In this document: positions 10,346 to 20,066 of the stretch, piece after piece
Layout of the letters: each line of letters opens with the position of its first letter
How positions within the stretch are numbered: the first letter of the stretch is position 1
NCBI GenBank assembly: GCA_965223905.1
Contig: CBDCXV010000002.1
Coordinates: forward strand, 480,001 to 544,000
Direction of reading: 5' to 3'
DNA from: Candidatus Latescibacterota bacterium
GTDB taxonomy: Bacteria > Latescibacterota > UBA2968 > UBA8231
Length of the DNA stretch: 64,000 bases
Program-made: the position numbers and the translations under genes
Notes under the pieces: model-generated
Told to the model about the DNA's origin: nothing
Databases searched by the model: none
Seen by the model: the letters and a program-made list of their open reading frames with translations, nothing else

Positions 10346-11053
10346 TTAAAAATCTCCTATTATTTCTTTCAGTGAATTCAATACGAACCTCTGGCGTTCC
10401 GGCCATCTACTAATTGCCTCTCGCTGGGCTTCGGCATCAAGTGGACCTTGATGATGAATGTTAATATCGGCGCCTAATACAACAAGTTTGTTTTCTATAA
10501 CCTCACTTACTTTATTTTCCCCAACGTCTCTTCTCCGGGTTACATATACAGCTGGTTCTAATGTCATATTGCATACTACAGCCTCGCCTGCACTTAAAAT
10601 GAATTTTGGGACCACAGAAATCAAGGGGAGGTCTGAAAGATGGGGAGCAAACTGAGAAATAATCCATTGATTAGAGTCTTTCCCCTGGAAATCGAAGTAT
10701 ATTATACAATTTAGTCCGAGCTCCTTATAAGGGGCATGGGGAAATCTTGCAAGGTATGCATCGGCAAGGTCATGGACAAGATAACTGTCCATGACTTCCT
10801 CAGGTTTGTCAACAAACTCCTGTATAATATTGAGCCTGTTCTTATTCATCCTCCATCGAGTTCCATTATCGTAAATATAACCAGCCGCCTCTAATCCAGA
10901 TTCTCCACCAGCTACTTTCCAGTCTTCAGGGACTATCCCATTTTCTGCCAATAAATTTGGCGTAAAGGTTGCCGGACTGAAGCTTTCAGAAACAATGACA
11001 ACACTTGTCGAAATAAGGCTGTATCGAGGGTGTTTTTGTGCAGCATCCTTCAT
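10346..11053 (-). CDS. Hypothetical protein, remote TIGR04255-like (cassette A gene 1)
   Basis: Intact 235 aa with AGGA RBS; 'SVVIV', 'PHAPYKELGLN', 'MTLEP', 'INIHH'. Confidence 0.55.
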   Translation of the reverse strand: MKDAAQKHPRYSLISTSVVIVSESFSPATFTPNLLAENGIVPEDWKVAGGESGLEAAGYIYDNGTRWRMNKNRLNIIQEFVDKPEEVMDSYLVHDLADAYLARFPHAPYKELGLNCIIYFDFQGKDSNQWIISQFAPHLSDLPLISVVPKFILSAGEAVVCNMTLEPAVYVTRRRDVGENKVSEVIENKLVVLGADINIHHQGPLDAEAQREAISRWPERQRFVLNSLKEIIGDF

Positions 11054-11107
11054 ATCATCGTCCTATTTCAATGAGGTTCTTCATCCGATGGGTACGGGCT
11101 GACGAGG

Positions 11108-11514
11108 ATTAGCTCCGGGATGTCACCACGACCTCGTAAGCGCTCTGAATCTCCTGAAACTTTTCCTCCGCCAGCTTGATGATTCCAGGGGGAATCTCCT
11201 CGCCAGTCAGCCTGCGGGTGATATTCCTGACATAGTTCCCGGTATTTCCGTTTCAGTTCCTCGTCCTCCGGCGAGCATCCCAGCGTCTCGTAGGACCCCG
11301 CCAGCACCTGTTCCTCGAACTCCCTCCCAAGCTCCTCGTCCGTTACCGCTTCGCCCTCGGAGCTGACTAACAGGTGTCTGTTGACCAGCCTGGTCAACTC
11401 CAACAGGGTCACCTGATCCTGGCCGCTGAAGATCCTCCTCAGATTTTCGTCCGCTTTTGATCCTTCCCGGGTTTCTCGCGTCCTGTAAATCGTTATCCCC
11501 GATGTATTCTCCAC
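11108..11514 (-). pseudogene. DjlA-like J-domain co-chaperone remnant
   Basis: 'SYETLGC...LKRKYREL.QEYHP', then a frameshift into 'RLTGEEIPPGIIKLAEEKFQEIQSAYE'; the HPD motif is broken. Confidence 0.6.
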
Positions 11515-12299
11515 AGTGCTTCAACTACCTGTGCTCGGGACACCGGCGCGCAGCCAACGATAACAGCTCTCCCAAGGGGGGTAGCCTATTCGGAACCTGG
11601 ATTCCAAGTAAGCAGAGAGGCCGCCTGTTCAGTCATTGTGCTCATCACCTCCGCCTCTTTGCGAGTCGGTGATCGCCCACGAATGATGCTCCATCCGAGG
11701 CATCGCTTCTGACACCGTTCAGGTAGAATACCCGGCGCTCGCGCCACAGTCAAGAACCTATTTGCCCACCTCCTTGGAGGCCCCCGATCCCCAGGTCAAC
11801 CCGGAATGCTGAGGAGTAAGCGGATTGGAACTCAGGATTTCTGCCCGCTCTCAACTCCTATATAGAGTATACGATCTGAGTGTCGGAATTGGGGTTTTTC
11901 CGAACGCCGTAACGTGTTATTTCACAACAGGTTACTTAGAGCCTTCCGCCGGGGATGAAGCCGTTCTGCATGTCGGACAACGATCACAGCTCCGGCCATC
12001 CTGTTTCCCCTCCGTATCAACATGAGCTTGCTGGACCGGAGTCCTTCCTCGGCCCCTGGGCCTGAGAGCGGCCATCATGAGACCGGGAGGGATCACCTTG
12101 TACCGGAACCTACGCCCCTTCTTCATCGGCCTGATCGCGATACTGCACGGGTGAATCGGCAATCGACTTTAAAAAAGGAGATAATTTCTCCATGGAACAG
12201 GAATCGGAAGTGATTGAGACGATCAAAGCAGAAAACTCCGGCCTTTCACTAAAATCTCGCTTGCGTAGTTATCGATATTAATCCCTTTTCGATCGGGCT

Positions 12300-12450
12300 G
12301 CATCTCAGGAAAGTCGGCCTCGTCGTCTATGGGGACGGACGCGGTCAGGACGGTTGGGGCTTCAACCTCCACATCACGAGGTTGAGATCACCGGCGCCGG
12401 ACCCGGGGCGAAACTCCGGACCCGCACCCGGCGATCAGACCGACCACAAC
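12300..12450 (-). pseudogene. 3' fragment of a RES toxin gene (diverged copy of about 20075-20235)
   Basis: Shared 'CGGTCAGGACGGTTGGGGCT..CCACATCACGAGGTTGAGATCA..GCGAAACTCCGGACCCGCA'. Confidence 0.75.
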
Positions 12451-12465
12451 CCGCCCGGGCTCCGG

Positions 12466-15400
12466 TCAACCGCCTGGAACCGGGACCCCTCCCCCCGCCG
12501 TCTCCGCCCCCCCGCCCGCCGCGGAGAAGTGACGGCCGAAAAACCGCCCCATGTCGTCGGTCAGCGAGTACATCACCGGCACGAGGACCAGGGTCAGGAA
12601 GGTGGCGAAGAGGATGCCGACGATCACGGCGATCGCCATCGGGCCCCACCACGCGGCCTGCTCGCCCCCCCAGTACAGGTCCGGATCGAGACTCCCGTAG
12701 AGGCCGAAGAAGTCGAAGTTGAGCCCGATGGCCAGCGGCACCAGGCCGAGGGCGGTGGTGACCGCGGTCAGGATCACCGGCCGCAGGCGCGTGCGCCCGG
12801 CCCGGATGAGGGCGGCCTGGCGCTCGAGACCGTCGCGCCGGCGCAGCAGGTCGATGTAATGGACGAGGACGATGGCGTTGTTGACCACGATCCCGGCCAG
12901 GGAGATGACGCCGACGCCGGTCATGATGATCCCGAAGGGCATGCGGAACACCATGAGCCCGAACAGGACCCCGGCGGTGGACATGATCACCGAGGTGAGG
13001 ATGATGAGGGGCTTGATCACCGAGTTGAACTGGGTCACGAGGATGAAGGCGATCAGGCCCAGGGCGGCCAGGAAGGCGGTGGTCAGGAACTGCATGGCCT
13101 CGGCCTGGTCCTCCTGCTGGCCGGTGTAGCGCACCGTGTAGCCGGGCGGCAGTTCGTTCTCGACGAAAGGTTCCAGGCTCTGCTGCACCTCGGCGAGAAC
13201 GGCGTTCTTGTTGAGGCCGGCGCGCACGTCGGAGCTGATCGTCGCCATGCGGTCCATGTCCTTGCGGCGGATCGAGCCGAGCCCCTCCCCCACCGTCCAG
13301 CGGGCCACGGACACCAGCGGGATGGGCTCGCCCGGACCGTTCTCAACGACCAGGTCGCGCAGCGACTCCAGGTCCTTCCGCCAGGGCTCGGCGAGGCGGA
13401 CGACGATGTCGTACTCGTCGTTGCCGGTGCGGTACTGGCTCGCCTCCGTGCCCTGCACGGCGGTGCGCACCACGCCGGCCACGTCCGCCGTCGACAGCCC
13501 GAACAGGGCGGCCCTCTCGCGGTCGACGTGCACTGCCAGCTCCGGGCGGGCTTCGTCGAGGTCGCTCTCCAGGCCGCTGAGCCGTTCCCCGACCGGGGCG
13601 TTCCTCAGGATCTGCAGCATGCGATCGGACAGGTCCTTGAGCACCCCGGGATCCTTGCCGGCGATCTCGATGTTCACGGGCGCTCCCGCGGGCGGCCCGT
13701 CCACCGGCTTGTCCACCGAGATCTCGGCGCCGGCGATCTCGCGCCCCACCCTTTCCTGCATGTGCGCCAGGGTCAGGAAGCTGTCGAACCGGCGCTCCTG
13801 GTAGTCGATGAAGTTCACCATCAGGCGCGCGTCGTTGGCTCCCTGGGTGCCGCCCATCAGCGGGCTGCCCCCGGCGCCGACGGTGGTCACCGCGGATTCG
13901 GCGTCTTCGTAGCCCTCGACGCCGCGCACCTGCAGCTCCAGCTCGCCGGCGATGCTGTCGAGGAACTCGACGCGCGTGCCTACCGGCGCCTCGACGTCGA
14001 CCCAGACCTGCCGCGGCGGGATGTCCTCGGGGAAGAACACGATGCCGCTGTTGAACAGGGAGAAGGCCACTGCCATGGCCGCCAGCACGGAGAAGGATGC
14101 GGCCACGACGGTGAGACGATGGCCGAGGGCCCAGCCGAGGACGCCCTCGTAGCGGTCGACCAGCCAGGGAAGGCCCGTGCTCTGAAAGCGGCTGGCCAGG
14201 GGACCGAGGATCCACCGGTGGGACAGCGTGGCCGCCAGGGCGGTGGCGATCAGCAGGGCCAGGGTCAAGGCGTTGACCGCGGCCAGCAACGCGGCCCCCA
14301 GAAGGGCCAGGGCGATCAGCACCAGGCGACCCGTCCGCGGCAGCCGGGGCCGGCGTTCCCCCTCCAGGCGCAGCCACCGGCTGCACAGCACGGGGACGAT
14401 CACGAGGGCGACGAACAGGGAGCTGGACAGGGTCACGATCAGGGTCGTGGGCAGGTACTTCATGAACTCGCCGACGGTGCCCGACCAGAACAGCAGCGGA
14501 CCGAAGGCGGCCAGGGTCGTCAGCGTCGAGGCGATGACGGGCAGGGCCACCTCCCCGGTGGCCTTGCGCGCGGCCGCGGCCCGCTCCCAGCCCTCCTCGA
14601 CGTAGCGGTAGGTGTTCTCGACGATGACGATGGCGTTGTCGACCAGCATGCCGAGGGAGAGGATCAGCGAGAACAGGACCACCATGTTCATGGTCACGCC
14701 GAGCAGCCCGAGGAGGAGAAAGGAGAGCAGCATCGACGTCGGGATGGCGACGCCGACGAAGACCGAGGTGCGCACGCCGAGGAAGAACAGGAGCACACCG
14801 ACAATCAGCAGCAGGCCGGAGAGGATGTTGTTCTCCAGGCTGTTGACCATCATGCGGATGTCGCGGGACATGTCCGAGGTCGTCTTCACCACCGTGGCGG
14901 GCGGGAAGTCCGCCTCCATCCGGGCGATCTCCGCGTGCACGGCGTCGGCCGTCTCGATGATGTTCTTACCCGTTCGCTTGATCACGTCGAGGGTCACCAC
15001 CGGCCGGCCGTCGAGACGGGCGTAGCTTTGGCGCTCGGCGAACCCGAAATCGACCTCGGCGACGTCGCGCACGTACACCGGGCGGCCCCCGGGGGCGTCC
15101 ACGACGAGGTCGCCGATCGACAGGGGGTCGTCGATCTCGCCGTCGACGCGGACCAGGAACTTCCGCTCGCCGACGTCGATCGAGCCGCCGGGGATGTTGA
15201 CGTTCTCGTTGCGCACGGTCTCGACCACGTCCTTCAGGGTCAGGCCGTAGTAGAGCAGCCGCGGCAGGGAGACGTCGACCTGCACCTCGCGCTCGCGGCC
15301 TCCGCGCAGGTCGACGCGCAGCACCGACGGGATCTGCTCGAGGCGGTCCTGCAGCTCCTCGCCCACCTGCTTGAGGCGGACCAGCCCGTACTCCCCGGAC

Positions 15401-15882
15401 AGGTTGACCTGCAGGATCGGCAACTCCTGGAAGTCGAACTCGAAGATCCGGGGCTCCTCGGCGTCGGCGGGGAGCTCGGCCTTGGCCAGGTCGACCTTCT
15501 CGCGCACCTGCCGCAGGGCATCGTTCAGGTCGACCTCGGTGCTGAACTCCGCCACCACGCTGGAGTAGCCCTCGACCGAGGTCGAGGTCAGCTCCTTCAG
15601 GTCGGGGATGGTCTTCAGATCCTGCTCCATCACCCGCGTCACCAGCGATTCCATGTCCTTCGGCGACACCCCCGGGTAGAAGGTGTTGACGGCGATCACG
15701 GGGATCTCGATCTCGGGGAAAGCCTCCTTGGGGACGCCGCGGTAGGCCAGGGTGCCGGCCAGGGCGATGATGGCGAACAGCATGAGCACGCTGGTGCCGT
15801 GACGCACCGCCCACGAGGTGACGGGCAGTTCGTTGAAGGCGTCGCCGCCGCCGGGACGATCGGTCGTTTTCGGTCCGTTCAC
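12466..15882 (-). CDS. RND efflux permease (AcrB/AcrD/AcrF family)
   Basis: 'LGMLVDNAIVIVEN', 'GIVVNNAIVL', 'RLRPVILTA.TT.LG..P'; 1138 aa with many TM helices. Confidence 0.95.
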   Translation of the reverse strand: MNGPKTTDRPGGGDAFNELPVTSWAVRHGTSVLMLFAIIALAGTLAYRGVPKEAFPEIEIPVIAVNTFYPGVSPKDMESLVTRVMEQDLKTIPDLKELTSTSVEGYSSVVAEFSTEVDLNDALRQVREKVDLAKAELPADAEEPRIFEFDFQELPILQVNLSGEYGLVRLKQVGEELQDRLEQIPSVLRVDLRGGREREVQVDVSLPRLLYYGLTLKDVVETVRNENVNIPGGSIDVGERKFLVRVDGEIDDPLSIGDLVVDAPGGRPVYVRDVAEVDFGFAERQSYARLDGRPVVTLDVIKRTGKNIIETADAVHAEIARMEADFPPATVVKTTSDMSRDIRMMVNSLENNILSGLLLIVGVLLFFLGVRTSVFVGVAIPTSMLLSFLLLGLLGVTMNMVVLFSLILSLGMLVDNAIVIVENTYRYVEEGWERAAAARKATGEVALPVIASTLTTLAAFGPLLFWSGTVGEFMKYLPTTLIVTLSSSLFVALVIVPVLCSRWLRLEGERRPRLPRTGRLVLIALALLGAALLAAVNALTLALLIATALAATLSHRWILGPLASRFQSTGLPWLVDRYEGVLGWALGHRLTVVAASFSVLAAMAVAFSLFNSGIVFFPEDIPPRQVWVDVEAPVGTRVEFLDSIAGELELQVRGVEGYEDAESAVTTVGAGGSPLMGGTQGANDARLMVNFIDYQERRFDSFLTLAHMQERVGREIAGAEISVDKPVDGPPAGAPVNIEIAGKDPGVLKDLSDRMLQILRNAPVGERLSGLESDLDEARPELAVHVDRERAALFGLSTADVAGVVRTAVQGTEASQYRTGNDEYDIVVRLAEPWRKDLESLRDLVVENGPGEPIPLVSVARWTVGEGLGSIRRKDMDRMATISSDVRAGLNKNAVLAEVQQSLEPFVENELPPGYTVRYTGQQEDQAEAMQFLTTAFLAALGLIAFILVTQFNSVIKPLIILTSVIMSTAGVLFGLMVFRMPFGIIMTGVGVISLAGIVVNNAIVLVHYIDLLRRRDGLERQAALIRAGRTRLRPVILTAVTTALGLVPLAIGLNFDFFGLYGSLDPDLYWGGEQAAWWGPMAIAVIVGILFATFLTLVLVPVMYSLTDDMGRFFGRHFSAAGGGAETAGGGVPVPGG

Positions 15883-16991
15883 AGGCCGCGGCGGGGTACG
15901 ATGCGCAGGCGGTCGCCGTCCGCCACCTGCTCCTGGCCGACGACGATCAGGCGCTCCGCGGGCGACAGGCCGGAGGTGGCCACCACCTCGTCGCCGCCGG
16001 AGGCGCCGAGGGTGACGGGACGCGCCCGGGCGACGGGGCCGTCCACCCCGTCGGCGGCGACGAAGGCGGCGAAGCCCTCCTCGGTGCGCACCAGGGCCTG
16101 GTTCGGCACCACGATGGCCCCCGGGTGGACTTCGAGCACGAGCGTCACCTCGGCGACCATGGCCGGTTTGGCCCCGGCCACCGGACGTTCGAGGTCGAGC
16201 TCGACGGGGAAGGTGCGCTGGCCGCCGTCGACCGCGGCTCCCACGTAGGTCACGGTGGCATCGCAGGTGTCTTCGAGGGCGTCAAAGGCGACGACCGCCT
16301 TGTCTCCGGGGGTCACTTTCGCGGCGTAGCGCTCGGGAACGCCGGCGGTCACCTTCAGCGGCTCCAGGTCGAGGATGCGGGCCACTGGCTGGCCCGGGGA
16401 GACGACCGAGCCGACCTCGACGAGGCGGCGGTCGAGCACGCCGTCGAAGGGGGCGCGCACGACGGCGCGGCGCAGCCGCGCTTCGATCAGATCCAGCCGG
16501 GCCCGGGACTGATCGGCGACGTACCGGGCTTCGACGTACTCCTCTTCGGTGCCGATGCCGTCCTCTTCGTAGAGCCGCTTCCGGCGCCCCCACTGGTCCT
16601 CGTCCAGCGCCGCCCGGGCCTCGGCCTCGTCGCGCTGGGCGCGCAGCAGGTCGTCGTCCAGCCGCACCAGGGCCTGTCCGCGGCGCACCTTCTCTCCCTT
16701 GTCGGCCAGCACCGCGGCCACCGTGCCGCCCTCCTCGGCGGCCACCATCACCTCGCGGTCGGCGCGCACCGTGCCGGTCAGGCGGATCGCGTCGGTGAAG
16801 GGCCGCGGGGCCAGGGTCTCGACTTCGACGTTGACGACGCGGCGGTTGGCGTTCGCGGTCGCCTCCAAGGCAGCGGCCTCGTCGGCGGTCCCGGGCCCGT
16901 CTCCGCAGCCGCCGAGGGCGAGCAGGGCTCCGCCGGCCGCCGGCAGAAGGGCGCCAAGGACGCGGCGCCCCGATGGCAGTTGATTCCTCAC
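15879..16991 (-). CDS. RND periplasmic adaptor (membrane fusion protein), lipoprotein
   Basis: Lipobox 'LGGC', 'G.KVRRGQ.LV.LD', 'VRAPFDG'; 4-nt overlaps with both neighbours. Confidence 0.93.
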   Translation of the reverse strand: MRNQLPSGRRVLGALLPAAGGALLALGGCGDGPGTADEAAALEATANANRRVVNVEVETLAPRPFTDAIRLTGTVRADREVMVAAEEGGTVAAVLADKGEKVRRGQALVRLDDDLLRAQRDEAEARAALDEDQWGRRKRLYEEDGIGTEEEYVEARYVADQSRARLDLIEARLRRAVVRAPFDGVLDRRLVEVGSVVSPGQPVARILDLEPLKVTAGVPERYAAKVTPGDKAVVAFDALEDTCDATVTYVGAAVDGGQRTFPVELDLERPVAGAKPAMVAEVTLVLEVHPGAIVVPNQALVRTEEGFAAFVAADGVDGPVARARPVTLGASGGDEVVATSGLSPAERLIVVGQEQVADGDRLRIVPRRGL

Positions 16992-19063
16992 TCCGTCTCC
17001 TTCCGATCGGTTGCGGCCTCGCCGTCCACCGGGGGCACGCGCCCGACGGCGAGGTCGAGCCGGGCCCGGCCGGCGAGCCGGTCGTGGGCGGCCCGGGCCA
17101 TGTTGAACTCGCTCTGGCGCAGGGCGACCTCGGCGTCGGTCACCTCGAGCTGGCTGCCGAGACCCTCGCGGTAGCGGGCGCTGGCGATCTCGAACCCCCG
17201 CCGGGCCTGCGATACAGCGAGACGCTGGCCCTTCTCGCGCTGGGCGGCTTCGGCAAGCGCCGCCTCCAGGTCCTGGACCTGGACCGCGGCCTCGTCCCGG
17301 GCCATCTGCGCCCGGAGCTGCGCCTGGCGCAGGGCGGCCCGCCTCTGGTCGACGCGGGCGTCCCGCTGCAGGCCGGAGAACAGGGGCAGCTCCAGGGACA
17401 CGCCGGCGATCTTGCTAATGGCGCGATTGTCGGCGCTGCCGAAGAAGTCGAGCCTTCCGTTCTGCTGCGCCTGCACGTCCCAGGTGGCGAACAGGGAGAC
17501 CGTGGGCAGGTACTCCACCTGCTCGAGCCGCACCTGTTCCCGGCTCAGCTCGGCGGTCTGTTCGAACTGGCGCACGTCGGAGCGGTGAGCCAGCGCCGTC
17601 TGCACGAGATCCCCTGCAGGAAGCCCCGGACCGGACTCCGCGGCGGTGAGGGTTGCGCTCCCGGACAGCCGCAGTCGGCCGGGGTCGTCGAGGACCAGCT
17701 CCAGGCCCAGCCGTCGTCGCGCCGAGGCCCCGGCGTTGCGGGCGAGCAGCAGCTGCGGCTCGAGGTTGGCCAGCTCGACCTCGAGACGCAGCACGTCGTA
17801 ATCGGAAGCCAGGCCGGCCCGCGCCCGGCCGCGCGTCTCCTCGAGGGCCTTCCGCAGGCGCTCCAGGGACCGCTCGGTCAGGCGCACCTCCTCGCCGCGC
17901 AGCAGCAGCTCGTAGCACAGGAGGCGCACCCGCGTCGCCACCTGCTGGGAGCGGCCGCGGACCATCTCCTGCCGCAGCCGCCGGAAGTTGCCGGCGGCGC
18001 CGAGGCCGACAAGGCCTCTCGGGTCGAACAGGGGCTGCCGCAGGGTGAGGGCGCTCTGCCAGCTGTTGTCGGCCCCGAACTCCAGGGACAGGAACTCCCC
18101 CGGCCGGGCCGCGGGATTGAAGATCCTCGCCGGCATGAAGAAGACGGGCGGCGAGATGTTGCGGACGTAGCTGGCGGAGAAGTCGAGGCGCGGAAAGATC
18201 TCCCCCCGGGCCTCCGAAACCTGCTCCTCGGCCTCGGTCAGGAGCAGCCGCGCCTCGGCCAGCTCGCGGCTGCGGTCCAGGGCGAGGTCGACCACCTCGT
18301 CGATGCTCAGGAGCAGCTCCGCGCCCGGCGGTGCCGTGTCCGCGTCGGCGGTCGCCCCGCCCCAGGCCAGCAGGATCCAGGCCAGCCCGGTCGCCAAACC
18401 AGTGCGCAGGCGACCCCTGCCACCGGATGCGGCCGCCGCCTCTGCCCGGGAGAGGTCCTCGATAGCGCGGTCCATCTCGGCCTCGTAGCCGGGGGTGGCC
18501 ATGCCGGTGATGGTCCGCCGGCTCGAGGCTCCGTAGTGGCGGCGGAACTCCCCGGGGTCCATGTGCAGGCAGCCGCGCAGGTAGATGGAGATCAGGCCGT
18601 GGGCGTGGGCCCACAGGGTGACGGACACGTCGTCGGGATCGAGGGGCTGGAAGAGGCCGGCGTCGATGCACTCGCGCACGCGGTCGTTGAAGAAGCGCCC
18701 GACGCTGGCGACCTGCTCCGTCACCTGCTCGGGGAACTCCTCCGCCCCGAGGGTGTGGGAGGGGGTGTAGAGCATCTCGTAGTACTTCGGCTGATCGAGG
18801 GCGAAGTCGAGATAGGCCTGCCCCGCCAGGTACAGCCGCTGTGCTGGGGTACGCCCGGAGAGGGCTCCGTAGAGCCGCTCGCTCAGCCGCCGGTAGGCTT
18901 CGGCGACGACGTCGAGGAGCATCTCCTCGCGGCTGTGGTAGTGGCGGTAGAGGGCCGGCGCCGTAACCCCGAGATCGCGGGCCAGCCGGCGCATGGACAC
19001 GGCTTCGGCGCCGCCCTCGAGGTAGAGCTCGCAGGCTCTCGTGAGAATATCGGTGCGGTCCAT
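16988..19063 (-). CDS. In-frame TetR regulator + TolC outer-membrane factor
   Basis: N-terminal 'VSMRRLARDLGVTAPALYRHY' HTH; C-terminal OEP repeats 'A.ARYREGLGSQLEV.DAE'; hydrophobic signal-like segment between them. Confidence 0.88.
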   Translation of the reverse strand: MDRTDILTRACELYLEGGAEAVSMRRLARDLGVTAPALYRHYHSREEMLLDVVAEAYRRLSERLYGALSGRTPAQRLYLAGQAYLDFALDQPKYYEMLYTPSHTLGAEEFPEQVTEQVASVGRFFNDRVRECIDAGLFQPLDPDDVSVTLWAHAHGLISIYLRGCLHMDPGEFRRHYGASSRRTITGMATPGYEAEMDRAIEDLSRAEAAAASGGRGRLRTGLATGLAWILLAWGGATADADTAPPGAELLLSIDEVVDLALDRSRELAEARLLLTEAEEQVSEARGEIFPRLDFSASYVRNISPPVFFMPARIFNPAARPGEFLSLEFGADNSWQSALTLRQPLFDPRGLVGLGAAGNFRRLRQEMVRGRSQQVATRVRLLCYELLLRGEEVRLTERSLERLRKALEETRGRARAGLASDYDVLRLEVELANLEPQLLLARNAGASARRRLGLELVLDDPGRLRLSGSATLTAAESGPGLPAGDLVQTALAHRSDVRQFEQTAELSREQVRLEQVEYLPTVSLFATWDVQAQQNGRLDFFGSADNRAISKIAGVSLELPLFSGLQRDARVDQRRAALRQAQLRAQMARDEAAVQVQDLEAALAEAAQREKGQRLAVSQARRGFEIASARYREGLGSQLEVTDAEVALRQSEFNMARAAHDRLAGRARLDLAVGRVPPVDGEAATDRKETE

Positions 19064-19065
19064 GA

Positions 19066-19100
19066 GTTAACGATGTTAACCGATGTTCCCGGTTTGTCAA
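19066..19100 (-). promoter_or_regulatory. sigma70 promoter with overlapping TetR operator, probably leaderless
   Basis: Minus strand TTGACA (19100-19095), 16 nt, TAACAT; palindrome GTTAAC-N3-GTTAAC at 19066-19080, 2 nt from the ATG. Confidence 0.7.
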
Positions 19101-19455
19101 CAGGGACGGGGGAACATTCGGTGAACCATGTTATGGGACGGCCCGGAAGGGGGGGCTCCGCTTCAGGAGCAAGCGGCGGTGGGGAAACGGTATTCCAGGT
19201 TGCGGGGCGGGCGCTCTGAACTACGGGGGCTGAATTGAACTATGCCCGAATTGCCTGGCTCCGTGCGGTTTGGAGCCTCGTGCTCGTCTAGTCGCGGGGG
19301 CCGGCTCCAAAGTGGGACATGCAGATTGGACCGGCCCTCTCCGGGCTGATGTTTGCGTCAGTCGTTACGTGATCTGAACAGGACGTGAACGGCGAAAGCG
19401 CGTTGGTCTATAGTGGCTGTACTGCGAAACCCGGTTATAGCCTTTTCCAATCGAG

Positions 19456-19776
19456 TCATCGGGATTCAGGATACTTGCCGGCGAACAGCTCTTCCCATTC
19501 GGATTTTTCCACGTACGAGATTCCGGGGACGCCGGGTACTCCCATCTCTGCCACCTCCTGCCAGACGCGAGCGGATAGGCCAAGAGTCCAACCGGGATCC
19601 AGGTTTTTCTGGTCGCCGTCGAATACGACGTAAATCTTCAGGTATTCGTCACCGTCGTGGTCGATTTCGGGTTCAACGATGATCGGATCGAACACGAACT
19701 CGTCCCGAAATCGCTCCGTCAGCAAGTCCTTGACCATGCCGGCAACTTTATCGGGAATGTCGGCGTCGATTGTCAT
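19456..19776 (-). CDS. Small nucleotidyltransferase-like (MNT-type antitoxin-like) protein
   Basis: 'EIDHDGDEYLKIYVVFDG...P.ISYVEKSE'; the downstream partner ('LNPDD..') looks decayed. Confidence 0.5.
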   Translation of the reverse strand: MTIDADIPDKVAGMVKDLLTERFRDEFVFDPIIVEPEIDHDGDEYLKIYVVFDGDQKNLDPGWTLGLSARVWQEVAEMGVPGVPGISYVEKSEWEELFAGKYPESR

Positions 19777-20066
19777 CGTAACGTCTCCTCGCTCGCCCAC
19801 GAGGGCAACCACAGGCAGGTCAGGCTCGGGGGCATGGGATTGACGGGTCGGGCCAAGCCCATGGCCCAAATACCCTGTTGATGCAACTAACTATTCGGAT
19901 AATACTCCCGCAAGTGGCGCGACGCTGTCCCAGATGGGTGGTATTCATCTCCAGAGGTAACACACCTCGTCCGGCATGGCTTCGTTCAGTGGGGCACATG
20001 GAGATCCGATATTGCCGGGCGTGGATCGCCTCTCTGCGCCGGCCGGTCGGCACGACTCCTTGTCAA

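Larger units (their letters stand above)
4079..12285. mobile_element. Putative IS1595-family composite/passenger-carrying element bounded by 26-bp imperfect inverted repeats
   Basis: GGGAATTATATCGATAACTACGCAAG at 4079-4104; reverse complement of 12260-12285 is GGGATTAATATCGATAACTACGCAAG; IS1595 transposase inside; no target duplication seen. Confidence 0.55.

Noticed and set aside
12382-19219. Very long plus-strand ORFs (1288, 349 and 748 aa)
   Set aside because: Antisense shadows of the GC-rich RND operon; no motifs of their own
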